Of a DNA stretch of 64,000 nt, positions 1-8,492 are shown piece by piece. This stretch comes from Planctomycetota bacterium (GTDB taxonomy: Bacteria > Planctomycetota > J058 > JAJDCQ01): assembly GCA_029260755.1 (NCBI GenBank), contig JAJDCQ010000115.1:24929-88928 (forward strand), read 5' to 3'. A model generated the notes under the pieces. The model was not told the DNA's origin. It worked only from the letters and a program-made list of their open reading frames with translations, and did no database searches. Every line of letters starts with the position of its first letter. Position 1 is the stretch's first letter. The position numbers and the translations under genes were made by a program.

Positions 1-792
1 GGCGGTCTGCCAGCCGGTCTCGGTCAGCCAGACCTCCTGGCCCTGGCCGAAGCTGTCCATGATGTACTTGAACGAGGGCTTGCTGAGCGGCTTGCCGTCG
101 AGCTCCTCGAAGACGGTGTCGGCGTCGCCGTCGTAGATGTGGTGGGTGACTATGTCGATCTCGTCGCCGGCGCGGACCATCACGTCCTCGAGCCAGTCCC
201 ACCACTCGCCGCTGTTGAGGTCGGAGAGCTCGGGGCCGAGGACGAAGCAGTCGGGGTCGGCCGCCTTGGCGGCGCGGGCACCGACGATCAGGACCTCGTC
301 GATGTACTGGTCGCGGGTGCCGCTGTAGAAGTGGTCGAGGTTCGGCTCGTTCCACATCCCCCAGTGCTCGATGTCGTTGCCGTAACGGTTCACGCAGGCC
401 GTCACGAAGCGGGCCCAGTCGGCCGGGTCGACCGCCGGGAAGCTCTGGTTACGGTTGCCGTTCGCCCAGCCGGGCGCGTAGGCCAGCGTCGCGAAGATGT
501 GGAGCCCGCGGCTGCGCGCCGAGGCGACGGCGCGGTCCATGAAGCCCCAGTTGAACTGGCCCTGCTGCGGCTCGAGCTGGATCCAGTTGAAGTCGTAGCG
601 GACCCAGTCGACGCCGGCGGCGACCATCCGGTCGAGGGTCGTGTCGTCGGGGACGTGGGCGTTGATCCCGAACGGGCTGACGGCCGGGCCGGTCACCTCC
701 TGGGCGCGCGCGGACGAGGCGGGAACGAGAACGAGAACGAGCGCGAGCGTCGCCACGAGGGCCGGCGCCGCGCGGAGCGCAAGGCGAGTCAT
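1..792 (-). CDS. Secreted glycoside hydrolase, TIM-barrel (GH5/GH39-like), C-terminal part truncated by the window edge
   Basis: Reverse-complement translation from the ATG at ~792 gives a signal peptide (MTRLALRAAPALVATLALVLVLVPASSARAQE) followed by DFNWIQLEPQQGQF...GMWNEPN, typical of family-5-like glycosidases. The ORF is open to position 1, so the track does not list it. The listed + ORF 139..1116 is its antisense. Confidence 0.55.
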   Translation of the reverse strand, partial: MTRLALRAAPALVATLALVLVLVPASSARAQEVTGPAVSPFGINAHVPDDTTLDRMVAAGVDWVRYDFNWIQLEPQQGQFNWGFMDRAVASARSRGLHIFATLAYAPGWANGNRNQSFPAVDPADWARFVTACVNRYGNDIEHWGMWNEPNLDHFYSGTRDQYIDEVLIVGARAAKAADPDCFVLGPELSDLNSGEWWDWLEDVMVRAGDEIDIVTHHIYDGDADTVFEELDGKPLSKPSFKYIMDSFGQGQEVWLTETGWQTA

Positions 793-931
793 CGAATCGA
801 GGTCTCCGAGGGTGCGTGGAGCCGGGTTCGGCCCCTCTCTCGGATGTCCTTACACCGCGGGCGCCGGGGAGCTTCACGACGCGCCGCGGGACGGACTCAA
901 GGCGCTCTGGAGACTGGGTTTGAGCTCGAGG

Positions 932-1255
932 CTACTCGTCCGGCTCGATCGTCAGCGTCAGGGGGAAGCCGCGACCCCGGGCCAGGCTGTGCGCCTTGTC
1001 GACCCGGAACTCCGCCTCCTCGAGGGAGAGCGTCACGACGTGGGCGCAGCCGCTCGCGTGCGCCTCCATCATCACCTGGATCGCGCCGGTCTGGTCGAGG
1101 TGGAAGATCGAGGTGAGCACCATCACGACGAAGTCCATCGTCGTCACCGGGTCGTTGTGGATGACGACCCGATAGCGCGGGGCGTGACGCGTCCGCGTCT
1201 CGACGTCGGGGTCGAGGACGGGGGTCGTGAACGGCTTCGCGGGCTCGGGGGACAT
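932..1255 (-). CDS. clpS: ATP-dependent Clp protease adaptor ClpS
   Basis: 107-aa product with YRVVIHNDPVTTMDFVVMVL, the ClpS core motif. Size is typical. Confidence 0.85.
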   Translation of the reverse strand: MSPEPAKPFTTPVLDPDVETRTRHAPRYRVVIHNDPVTTMDFVVMVLTSIFHLDQTGAIQVMMEAHASGCAHVVTLSLEEAEFRVDKAHSLARGRGFPLTLTIEPDE

Positions 1256-1401
1256 GACGGGCTCGATGATGGCGGGGGGACGGCCGGGATGTCCAGACCG
1301 GACGCGCTGCGGAGTTCATCGACGGTGGGGTGGGGGGTTGTGTTTCGTGGATTCGCGCGGTCGAGGTCTTCGATCTTCGCGAGGACTTCGCACGCGCGGG
1401 G

Positions 1402-1496
1402 TGCAATCCGCGTAATCCGCGTAATCCGCGGTTCGGTCTCTCTCGGCGCTCGACCGAGTGGGAACCGCGGATTACGCGGATTACGCGGATTGCACC
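1402..1496. repeat. Palindromic intergenic repeat element, copy 1 of 4, built from (AATCCGCG)n arms
   Basis: gcAATCCGCGTAATCCGCGTAATCCGCGG is followed by a ~34-bp core (ttcggtctctctcggcgctcgaccgagtgggaa) and then the inverted arm CCGCGGATTACGCGGATTACGCGGATTgc. Copies lie at ~15496, ~37100 and ~51699. Confidence 0.7.
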
Positions 1497-1553
1497 GCGT
1501 AGCGCGGCTCGTCTTGCCGCGGCGGGCGCCGTCGAGTCGGGAGAGGTCTCGTC

Positions 1554-2438
1554 CTAGAACGCATCCCCGAGCCGCCCCCGAACCCCGCCGCCCCGGTAGA
1601 CGACGTCGCCCACCCCCTCGATCCACGCCTTCTCGTCCGCGTCCATCGGCCCGCGCTTCATCGCGTCCAGGGCGTGGCGGAGCTCGGCGCCGTCGCGGGC
1701 GCCGGTGATGCAGACGTCGGTCCAGTCGTTCGAGAGGGCGAAGCGGTAGCAGTCGCCCGCGGTCGGGGTCTTGCTTCCCTCGGGCCCGCCGGCGACCGGG
1801 CGCAGGAGCTGGCCCCATCGCGTCGCCGTGAACGCGACCAGGCCGGCGCGCTCCTCGCGCGGGGCGAGGCCGGGGAAGATGTCCTTCTCCGCGCCTCGGT
1901 GGGCGGCGTTGTAGCGGAAGTGGATGACGTCGACGCCCGAGCCGGGGGCGGCGAGCTTCGCGGCGAGCGGTCGCTCGTGGGTGCTCACGCCGACGTGGGC
2001 GGTCAGGCCGGCGTCCCGGCAGCGGAGGGCGGCGTCGAGGATCCGTCGGCTCGGCGCCTTGTTCCACCAGCCGAGCAGCAGCAGGTCGGCCCGCTCGATC
2101 CCGAGGCGCCTGAGCGCCCAGCAGAGGCTCGGACGGACGAAGCTGCCGAGCCGGCTGTAGCTCTGGACCACGACGAAGAGGTCGTCGCGCCTGCCGCGGG
2201 CGGTCAGCGCGCGGATCGCGCCGGCGAAGGCGCGCGTCCGCATCGAGCCCCAGTAGAGGTAGCCGACGCCGTGCTCCTCGACGGCCGCCTCGAGGTCCGC
2301 GCCGCCCACGCCGAAACTGGCCGCGACGCCGAGGGGGTGGATCGTCCGTCCGGTGCGCCCGAGGGTGCGCCGGGCGAAGGGGAGCGACGCGTCGCTCGCT
2401 TCCTCGGGGACTCGCGGTGTCGTCGAGGTGGTCGACAT
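1554..2438 (-). CDS. Aldo/keto reductase family oxidoreductase
   Basis: 294-aa product resembling the aldo/keto reductase (AKR) (beta/alpha)8-barrel family (GYLYWGS..., IHFRYN...). Confidence 0.75.
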   Translation of the reverse strand: MSTTSTTPRVPEEASDASLPFARRTLGRTGRTIHPLGVAASFGVGGADLEAAVEEHGVGYLYWGSMRTRAFAGAIRALTARGRRDDLFVVVQSYSRLGSFVRPSLCWALRRLGIERADLLLLGWWNKAPSRRILDAALRCRDAGLTAHVGVSTHERPLAAKLAAPGSGVDVIHFRYNAAHRGAEKDIFPGLAPREERAGLVAFTATRWGQLLRPVAGGPEGSKTPTAGDCYRFALSNDWTDVCITGARDGAELRHALDAMKRGPMDADEKAWIEGVGDVVYRGGGVRGRLGDAF

Positions 2439-2465
2439 CGATCGGGCCGGGGCGGCGGAGGACGC

Positions 2466-3005
2466 CTAGTTCTCGGCTCGCCGCGGCGAGAACAGGGTCA
2501 GGGTGATCGTCGCCTTGCGCCAGAGGCGGTCGTCCTTCGGGTCCCGCGTCGCGACCACGTCCTTCACCTTCAGCCCGGGCCACTCGTTCTGGCAGTCGAA
2601 CAGGAAGTCGGTGAGCTGCTTCATGTCGATGTCGTCGATGCTCACCTGGAACGACGCCTCGTTGAACGCGCCGACCGGGCGGGGGCGTTGCGGCTGGAAG
2701 TTCTTCAGGTCGAGCCCGCGCTTGTTCAGGAGCGAGATGATGAAGCTCTGGAGCTGGGCGACCTTCTTCGGATCCTTCCGGGCCTTCCGCTCGAGGAGGA
2801 TCCACTCGCGCAGCTGCTCGTCCTTCTCCGCGAACTGCTTCATGTTCTCGAGGTTCGAGACCTCGCGCTTCAGCTTCCCCTGCTGCTCGCTGTAGCGTGT
2901 CCAGAGGAGCACGCCGAAGCAGGCGACGATCGTCGTCAACACGACCATCATCATGATGAAGAAGCGGAGGAGGTCGAATCCCTGTCCCGGGGGGCGCGCG
3001 CTCAC
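2466..3005 (-). CDS. GspM/PilO-like inner-membrane assembly protein of a T2SS/T4P-like machine
   Basis: 179 aa with a short cytoplasmic N-terminus, one TM helix (FFIMMMVVLTTIVACFGVLLW) and a coiled-coil/periplasmic domain. It is the last gene after the gspK- and gspL-like genes and overlaps the upstream gene by 4 nt. Confidence 0.45.
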   Translation of the reverse strand: MSARPPGQGFDLLRFFIMMMVVLTTIVACFGVLLWTRYSEQQGKLKREVSNLENMKQFAEKDEQLREWILLERKARKDPKKVAQLQSFIISLLNKRGLDLKNFQPQRPRPVGAFNEASFQVSIDDIDMKQLTDFLFDCQNEWPGLKVKDVVATRDPKDDRLWRKATITLTLFSPRRAEN

Positions 3006-4705
3006 GACTCGGTCCCCTCGATCACCTCGACCTTGATCGTGAAGTCCCAGCCGCCCTTGGTGTTCTTTCCGAAGCGCTCGACCTTCGCCCGCACGACCTT
3101 GCTCGTGTTGTTGACCGCCTGCTCGATCAGGGCGGGGATCTCGTTGCTGTCGGCCGTTCCCGCGATCGTCGATCGCTCCTGACCGACCGTGAGCTGCTTG
3201 ATCGTCACGTTGCCCTGGTAGGGCTTCATCCCGCGGCAGAACTCGGCGAGGATGTCGAGGGCGCTCAGCTTGAAGACGCGCTTGATGTCGTCGGTCTCGC
3301 CGTAGCGCTGCTCGAGGGTGTACTTCTGATCCTGCCAGATCCGGTAGCGGTCCCGGTCGGCCGGGATCTCGCCGAGCTCGGGGAACATAGTCAGCAGGAG
3401 CACGTCCTGCTCGAGCTGCGCCCGCTCCCGCTTGATCCCGATCCGCTCGAGCTCGACCTTGAAGCCGTAGGCGACGACGAACAGGAGCAGGAAGGTCAGG
3501 CAGAGGGTCGCCGCGACGCCGCGCCGCACCCGCTCGAACTTGCCCTGGAACGAGAACTCATCCCGCCGGAAGTCGAAGCCGCCCGCGTCGTGGCCGAGCG
3601 CCTTGAGGGCCAGGCCGACCGGGATCGGCGCCTGGAAGTCGACCGTCTCCTTGTCGACCCGGGCCTGGTCGGCCGGGATCAGCTCCGAGAGCTCGATCCG
3701 CTGGCTCGGGATCTCGAAGTGCTCCTCGAAGAGCCCCTCGATCCCCTCGAGGGTGCAGCTCGCGCCGGTGAGCGCGATCAGGTCGACGTCGTCGGCCGCG
3801 TGGGTCGCCGCGAGGGTCCGGTCGATCTCGAGGAAGATCTTCTGGAGGTAGTTCTCGCGCTCGACCTCGGTGATCTGGCTGTCCTCGAGCCGGAACCCGG
3901 CCGCCTCCTCGCTCCCGTCGTCGAGGATCACGACCGGGAGGCGCGAGCTGTCGGCGCGCATCTCGTGCGCGTCCTCGGAGTCGTCGAGGCCGTCGTCGAA
4001 GGCGTCCGCGCGGCCGCTCAACCGGGCGCTCTGACGGCCGGAGCGGCTGCGGGCGCCCCGCTGCATGATCGCGCCGAGCCGCATCCGGACGCTCCGCGCG
4101 GCCAGGAGACGCCCCCCCTGGACGAGGAGGAGCTTGAGGGTGTCGGCCTCGATGTCGACGACGAGGACGACGCCCTTGTCGGCGAACAGGCCGCCGACCT
4201 CGTAGGCGTTGAAGAGCGCCGCCACGTCGAGGTCGAGGGCCGAGGGATCGACGCTCACCTCGCCGAGGAGGTGGAGCTGCCGCTCGATGTGCGTCTTCTT
4301 CAGGCCGGCGACGAGCAGCCGGCTCTTCCCCTCGAGCTCCTCGATCTTGTACCACTGCAGGACGAGGTCGTCGATCGCGACCGAGTGGAAGTGACTCTCC
4401 GCCTGGAAGCGGATCGTCTTCTGGATCTGCTCGTCCCGGGTGAACGGCACGGTGATCTCGCGGATCACGCAGTCCTGCGCCCGGATGCTCGCGACCACCG
4501 GCGTCCGGGGGAGCTTGTGGCGGCGGAAGATCTCGCGGAGGACCCCGATGATGTCGACGTCGCCTGGCGGGATCTCGCCGGCGCCCTCGCCCGCCTGCGC
4601 CATCTTCTGGACGACGAAGTCGCGGATGCGGAAGCGCGCGCCGGTCCCCTCGACGAGGACGGCCTTGACGGCGTTGGAGGTGATCTCTAGCCCGACGGCG
4701 CGCAT
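3002..4705 (-). CDS. GspL-like protein: PilM-type actin-like cytoplasmic domain, TM helix and PilN-like periplasmic domain
   Basis: 567 aa. The N-terminal ~360 aa resemble PilM/GspL actin-like ATPase-fold domains, followed by a TM helix (VAATLCLTFLLLFVVAYGF) and a periplasmic C-terminal domain. Synteny with the gspK-like gene supports the call. Confidence 0.55.
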   Translation of the reverse strand: MRAVGLEITSNAVKAVLVEGTGARFRIRDFVVQKMAQAGEGAGEIPPGDVDIIGVLREIFRRHKLPRTPVVASIRAQDCVIREITVPFTRDEQIQKTIRFQAESHFHSVAIDDLVLQWYKIEELEGKSRLLVAGLKKTHIERQLHLLGEVSVDPSALDLDVAALFNAYEVGGLFADKGVVLVVDIEADTLKLLLVQGGRLLAARSVRMRLGAIMQRGARSRSGRQSARLSGRADAFDDGLDDSEDAHEMRADSSRLPVVILDDGSEEAAGFRLEDSQITEVERENYLQKIFLEIDRTLAATHAADDVDLIALTGASCTLEGIEGLFEEHFEIPSQRIELSELIPADQARVDKETVDFQAPIPVGLALKALGHDAGGFDFRRDEFSFQGKFERVRRGVAATLCLTFLLLFVVAYGFKVELERIGIKRERAQLEQDVLLLTMFPELGEIPADRDRYRIWQDQKYTLEQRYGETDDIKRVFKLSALDILAEFCRGMKPYQGNVTIKQLTVGQERSTIAGTADSNEIPALIEQAVNNTSKVVRAKVERFGKNTKGGWDFTIKVEVIEGTES

Positions 4706-4774
4706 GGGTCGCTAGCTACTCTTGGTCCTTGATCCGGTCCGGTGGTGAGATGACGTGCGAGGGGGTGCCCCGGT

Positions 4775-5302
4775 TCAGGGGGGCGGCCGGAACGTGATCG
4801 CGTGCTCCTGCCCGCCCCGCTTGTCGAGGAAGACGATCCGATACTCCTCGGCGTCGCCATCGCGGCGCTCGATCCGCTTCAGCTCGAACCCGTCGAGCTC
4901 GTCGCCGGGGCTCGCCTGCGACTGGCCTCCGCCCTTGGACCGCTTCCGCTTCAGGAGACAGCTCTGGTAGCGATCGGTGTAGAGGACCGCGGCGACCTCG
5001 AACACCTGCTCGATCTTCGGCGTCGGCGGCTTCGGCGGCTCCTTCGGCCCGGTGTTCACCGGCGCGGGCGGCGGCGGCGGCGTGTAGCCGAGGACGCCGG
5101 GGATCACCGCGTACTCGGCGATCCCCTTGTGCTGCGCGTCCTCCTGGATCTCGAGGCGTCGCTCGTCGACGATCGGGACGACGATCGCGCCCTCGACGGT
5201 GCGCGGGTCGGTCATGAAGACGGTGTACTCGACCGCGACGATCGCGAAGGCGATGCCGACGTTCAGGACAACGATGAGGACTCGGGCGAGGCTCGGCGTC
5301 AC
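4775..5302 (-). CDS. Hypothetical membrane-anchored protein inside the gspK-L-M module
   Basis: 175 aa with an N-terminal TM helix, a Pro-rich linker (PPPPPAPVNTGPKEPPKPPTPK) and a C-terminal domain. It lacks a prepilin-peptidase motif, so it is not a pseudopilin. Confidence 0.4.
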   Translation of the reverse strand: MTPSLARVLIVVLNVGIAFAIVAVEYTVFMTDPRTVEGAIVVPIVDERRLEIQEDAQHKGIAEYAVIPGVLGYTPPPPPAPVNTGPKEPPKPPTPKIEQVFEVAAVLYTDRYQSCLLKRKRSKGGGQSQASPGDELDGFELKRIERRDGDAEEYRIVFLDKRGGQEHAITFRPPP

Positions 5303-5309
5303 GCGGGGC

Positions 5310-6413
5310 TCACTCCGGGATCTCTCGCCACGCGATCACCTCCATCGCGTCGCCGTGGCGGCGGATCGTCGCCGCCGCGCGCTTGAAGACGACCGGGCTG
5401 CGCGCCTCGATCGACACCCGGAAGTGGTAGCTGGTGACCGAGAGAACCTTGTCGAGCGAGACCGTCGCCTCCTCGCCCTCGCCCGAGCCGCTGCCGCTCC
5501 CGCCCTCGCCGCCGCCCTGGCCGCCGCCTTCGCTCGGCTCGAAGAGCTGCTTGAGCTGCGGGATGCTCGAGGCGAGCTCGGAGACCTCGGCGAACTCGTT
5601 TCCGTCGGGGAGCTCGCCCGGCTCCTCGCCCGGCTTGGCCGGCTCGGGATCGCCCCGGAACTGGACGATCGCCTCGACGGCCGCGTCGCGGTCGATCGGC
5701 TTGTCGTCCTTGTCCTTCTCCGGGAGGATCGCGAAGAGGACCTCCGCGGAGGCCGTGTTGATGTTGATCTTCCCGGCCGAGAGGATCGTCAGGAAGTCGA
5801 GCAGCCCGGGGATCCGCTCGCCCGTCTCCTCATCGAACCTCCCGTGGAGCGTCTCCGGCTCGATCTCGGGGATCTGCTCGAGCTCGCTGATGTCGAGGAG
5901 GCGCCGATTGAGCGCGCCCTCCTCGTAGTCGCCCTCCTCGTCGGGGTCGACGAAGTCGATCAGGCGCTCGGCGACGTTCTCCTCCTCGGTCTCGATCTTG
6001 GTCGCCAGCGCCGTGAGGAACGTCTTGATCAGCTCGGCCTTCTTCTCGTCGTGAAGGAGGTTGACGTCGATCCGGCGCTCGGTGTCCACCAGGCTCACGA
6101 TCACCGGGATGTCGCCGACCGTGGCGTCGGTCTCGAACGCGGTCTCGGCGCGCGCCCAGTCCTCACGGATGCTGTCGACCTCGGTCTGGCTCTGATCGTC
6201 GCGGAGGACCGCCTTCGCCCACGCGACTCCGCCGAGCGCCGCGTAGTAGGCGCGGTCGTCGGCGAGGAAGTTGCCGACGAGGCGCTCCTCGATCTTCGCG
6301 GAGTAGGTGAACTGGATCACCAGGACGATCAGGACCGACAGGACGAGGAGCGAGAGGACCAGCGCGACGCCGCGGTCACCGGTTCGCCGGGAGGCTCGAG
6401 TGGGGTGCTGCAT
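5310..6413 (-). CDS. gspK: Type II secretion minor pseudopilin GspK-like protein
   Basis: N-terminal hydrophobic segment RGVALVLSLLVLSVLIVLVIQF is typical of GspK, and a helix-hairpin-helix ININTASAEVL is present. The listed ORF extends to 6503; I placed the start at the Met of MQHPTRASRRTGDRGVALV, which is uncertain. Confidence 0.55.
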   Translation of the reverse strand: MQHPTRASRRTGDRGVALVLSLLVLSVLIVLVIQFTYSAKIEERLVGNFLADDRAYYAALGGVAWAKAVLRDDQSQTEVDSIREDWARAETAFETDATVGDIPVIVSLVDTERRIDVNLLHDEKKAELIKTFLTALATKIETEEENVAERLIDFVDPDEEGDYEEGALNRRLLDISELEQIPEIEPETLHGRFDEETGERIPGLLDFLTILSAGKININTASAEVLFAILPEKDKDDKPIDRDAAVEAIVQFRGDPEPAKPGEEPGELPDGNEFAEVSELASSIPQLKQLFEPSEGGGQGGGEGGSGSGSGEGEEATVSLDKVLSVTSYHFRVSIEARSPVVFKRAAATIRRHGDAMEVIAWREIPE

Positions 6414-6620
6414 GAGGGCTCGCGTTCGGGGTGGGTTGGGTGGGCGGTCTCGAAGGACCCGTCCCATCTCCGACGCTCCGCGTCCTGGGAGGTTCATTGG
6501 CATTGGGGCATCATCAATGCACCCGGTGGGAATCCGGCCGCCGGACCGCTCCTTCCCGCCGTGTGGACAGCAGGTTAGCGACTCGGCGCGGCGCCGGCAA
6601 GGTCCTTCTCCGGCGTCCGC

Positions 6621-8408
6621 CTAACTTCGCCCTGATGGGCGTCGGCCCTGGCCGCTCGCGAGGTCCTTCCGGACCGACGTGATCAGGCGGGCGATCTCGA
6701 ACTGGAGGTGGGCGACCTCGGCCATCGCGCTGGTGATCTCGCTCAGGTACTTGAAGGTCACGTAGAGAAACGCGCCCATGATGAATCCGCCGAGCGCCCC
6801 GAAGAGCTTCACCTCGGCGGGGAACTGGGGGACCGCCACGCTGGCCGCGGAGACGACGAGGCCGAGCAGGCCGAGGATGTAGGCGAAGAACAGGAGGACG
6901 TCGGCGATCTCCTTCAGGCGCCCGACCCGCGGCGAGTCGGGCATGATGGAGTCCTGGGAGGCGGCGGCCGCCCCGGCCTCGGCCTCCTCGGGCTCGTAGG
7001 AAGCCTCCGCGGCGCGACCCTGGCCGGGGTCCGGCCGGCGCGCATCGGCGGCCGCCGGTCGCCGGGCGGAGCCCTTGTCGCTGGCGGTCCGACTGGAGGC
7101 GCCCCCCTTGCTCCGGGCGCTGGCCGTGCGCTTGGCGGGCGGCGGGGACGCGCTCGGACGGGCGATGGGCACCCCGCGCGGCGGCGTCGGCGCGTCCGAG
7201 CCGATCTCCGGCAGTCCCTCGCGACGCGAGTCGCTCGGGCCGGCGGGATCGTGGGCCACCGGCTCGCGGAGCTCGGTCGCCGGAGCCTTCCCGGCGCCGC
7301 CCTTCTTCTTCTTCGCGTCGACCTTCCCCGAGCTCGCGCCCCTGGGGCGCTCGATCCGGCGGGCCTTGCGGGCGACGGCGGCGTCGGGCTTCGCCGCCTT
7401 CTTCGCCTCGGCGGGCTTGGCCTCGGCGGGCATCGCGTCGGCGGGCTTCGCGTCGGCAGGCTTGGCGTCGGCAGGCTTCGCGTCGTCGTCGGGCTCGGCC
7501 GCCTCGGGCGTCGGCTCCGGCTTCCCGGCGGACCCGGCGGCCTCGGACGACTCGTCGGGCTGCGGCGCCGGGCTCGCCTCGGCGGTGATCTCGGCCTCGG
7601 CCGTGGTCGCGGCCGTCTCTGTCTCGGTCGCGATCCCGTCGCTTCCCTCCTGGAGCGTCTCGCCGCTCGGAGGAACGACCGGCGTCGGGAACGCGAACTC
7701 GGTCGCCTTCGACGCGAACGATGCGTTCGGCGAGCCCTCGTCGAGCGTCTCGTCGGCGCCGAAGTCGGGCTCGGCGTCGGGGACCGACGCGTCGTGGGCC
7801 GTCTCGCCGGGGTCGGGGCTCTCCGCCTCCTCGCCGGGCTCGTTCGCCTCGTCGGCGCCCTCCGCACCGCCGTCGGTCTCCTCCTCGTCATCGTCCGGCG
7901 CCATGTCGGCGACCGAGTCGTGATTCCGGGCGACGCCGATCGTCGCCGTCGCGATCTCGAAGACCGAGTCCGTCGAGCCCTCGCCCGGCGCGGGCGGCCC
8001 GCCGGACTCGCCTTCGCGAACGGGGACATCGCCCGCGGGCTCGAGTAGATCGTCGGAGACCTCCGGGGCGGCCGCCGCCTCGTCGGCGACGACCGCGACG
8101 CCGCCGCCGCTCGCCGTCGCCGCGGCGCCGTCGCCCTCGCCGGCGACCTGCGCTTGCGCCTGCGCCTGCGCCTCGACCGGGTCCTGCGTCTCGAGGCGCT
8201 CGAGCAACGCGAGCCGCTCGAGGTCGCGCTCGCGCTGCTTGCGGAGGGCCTCGGCGGCGACCTCCTTCTCCTCGAGCGCGCGAAGATCGTCCGCCGAGAT
8301 CAGGCGGTTCTTGTGCCCGCAGCTCGGACACGCGATCCGCTGTCCTCGCATCTCATCGGGGGCGCTCAGGACCTGGTGGCAGCTGACGCACCGGTTCTTG
8401 ATCGCCAT
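6621..8408 (-). CDS. Zinc-ribbon protein with a long acidic low-complexity region, (AKPAD)n repeats and a C-terminal double TM anchor
   Basis: The N-terminus has CVSCHQ...x17...CPSCGH, a C-x2-C...C-x2-C zinc ribbon. The central region is D/E/A/P-rich with AKPADAKPADAKPADAMPAEAKPAEAKK, encoded by a 15-nt tandem repeat at ~7400-7480. Two C-terminal hydrophobic helices follow. Start is placed at the internal Met of MAIKNRC. Confidence 0.5.
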   Translation of the reverse strand: MAIKNRCVSCHQVLSAPDEMRGQRIACPSCGHKNRLISADDLRALEEKEVAAEALRKQRERDLERLALLERLETQDPVEAQAQAQAQVAGEGDGAAATASGGGVAVVADEAAAAPEVSDDLLEPAGDVPVREGESGGPPAPGEGSTDSVFEIATATIGVARNHDSVADMAPDDDEEETDGGAEGADEANEPGEEAESPDPGETAHDASVPDAEPDFGADETLDEGSPNASFASKATEFAFPTPVVPPSGETLQEGSDGIATETETAATTAEAEITAEASPAPQPDESSEAAGSAGKPEPTPEAAEPDDDAKPADAKPADAKPADAMPAEAKPAEAKKAAKPDAAVARKARRIERPRGASSGKVDAKKKKGGAGKAPATELREPVAHDPAGPSDSRREGLPEIGSDAPTPPRGVPIARPSASPPPAKRTASARSKGGASSRTASDKGSARRPAAADARRPDPGQGRAAEASYEPEEAEAGAAAASQDSIMPDSPRVGRLKEIADVLLFFAYILGLLGLVVSAASVAVPQFPAEVKLFGALGGFIMGAFLYVTFKYLSEITSAMAEVAHLQFEIARLITSVRKDLASGQGRRPSGRS

Positions 8409-8492
8409 GCGGGGTCGGTCCGGAAGACGAGGGCGGGAGAGGCGGCGGGCGGAGCGGCCCGAACGTCCTTCTATCATGCCGCTGGATGGCGA

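Noticed and set aside
139-1116. 325-aa + strand ORF at the window start
   Set aside because: Antisense to the glycoside hydrolase gene (signal peptide plus NEP motif on the minus strand), which is open to the window edge and therefore absent from the ORF track.
1402-1496. Possibility that the AATCCGCG repeat clusters are CRISPR arrays
   Set aside because: The unit is only 8 bp, with no unique spacers, no cas genes and a palindromic rather than direct-repeat-spacer architecture.
1330-1557. Small ORFs translating to ...NPRNPRNPRF... (also 36942..37151, 36996..37214, 51675.., 15543..15758)
   Set aside because: These are read-through translations of the (AATCCGCG)n palindromic repeats. They are not conserved between copies as proteins; the strand and frame vary.
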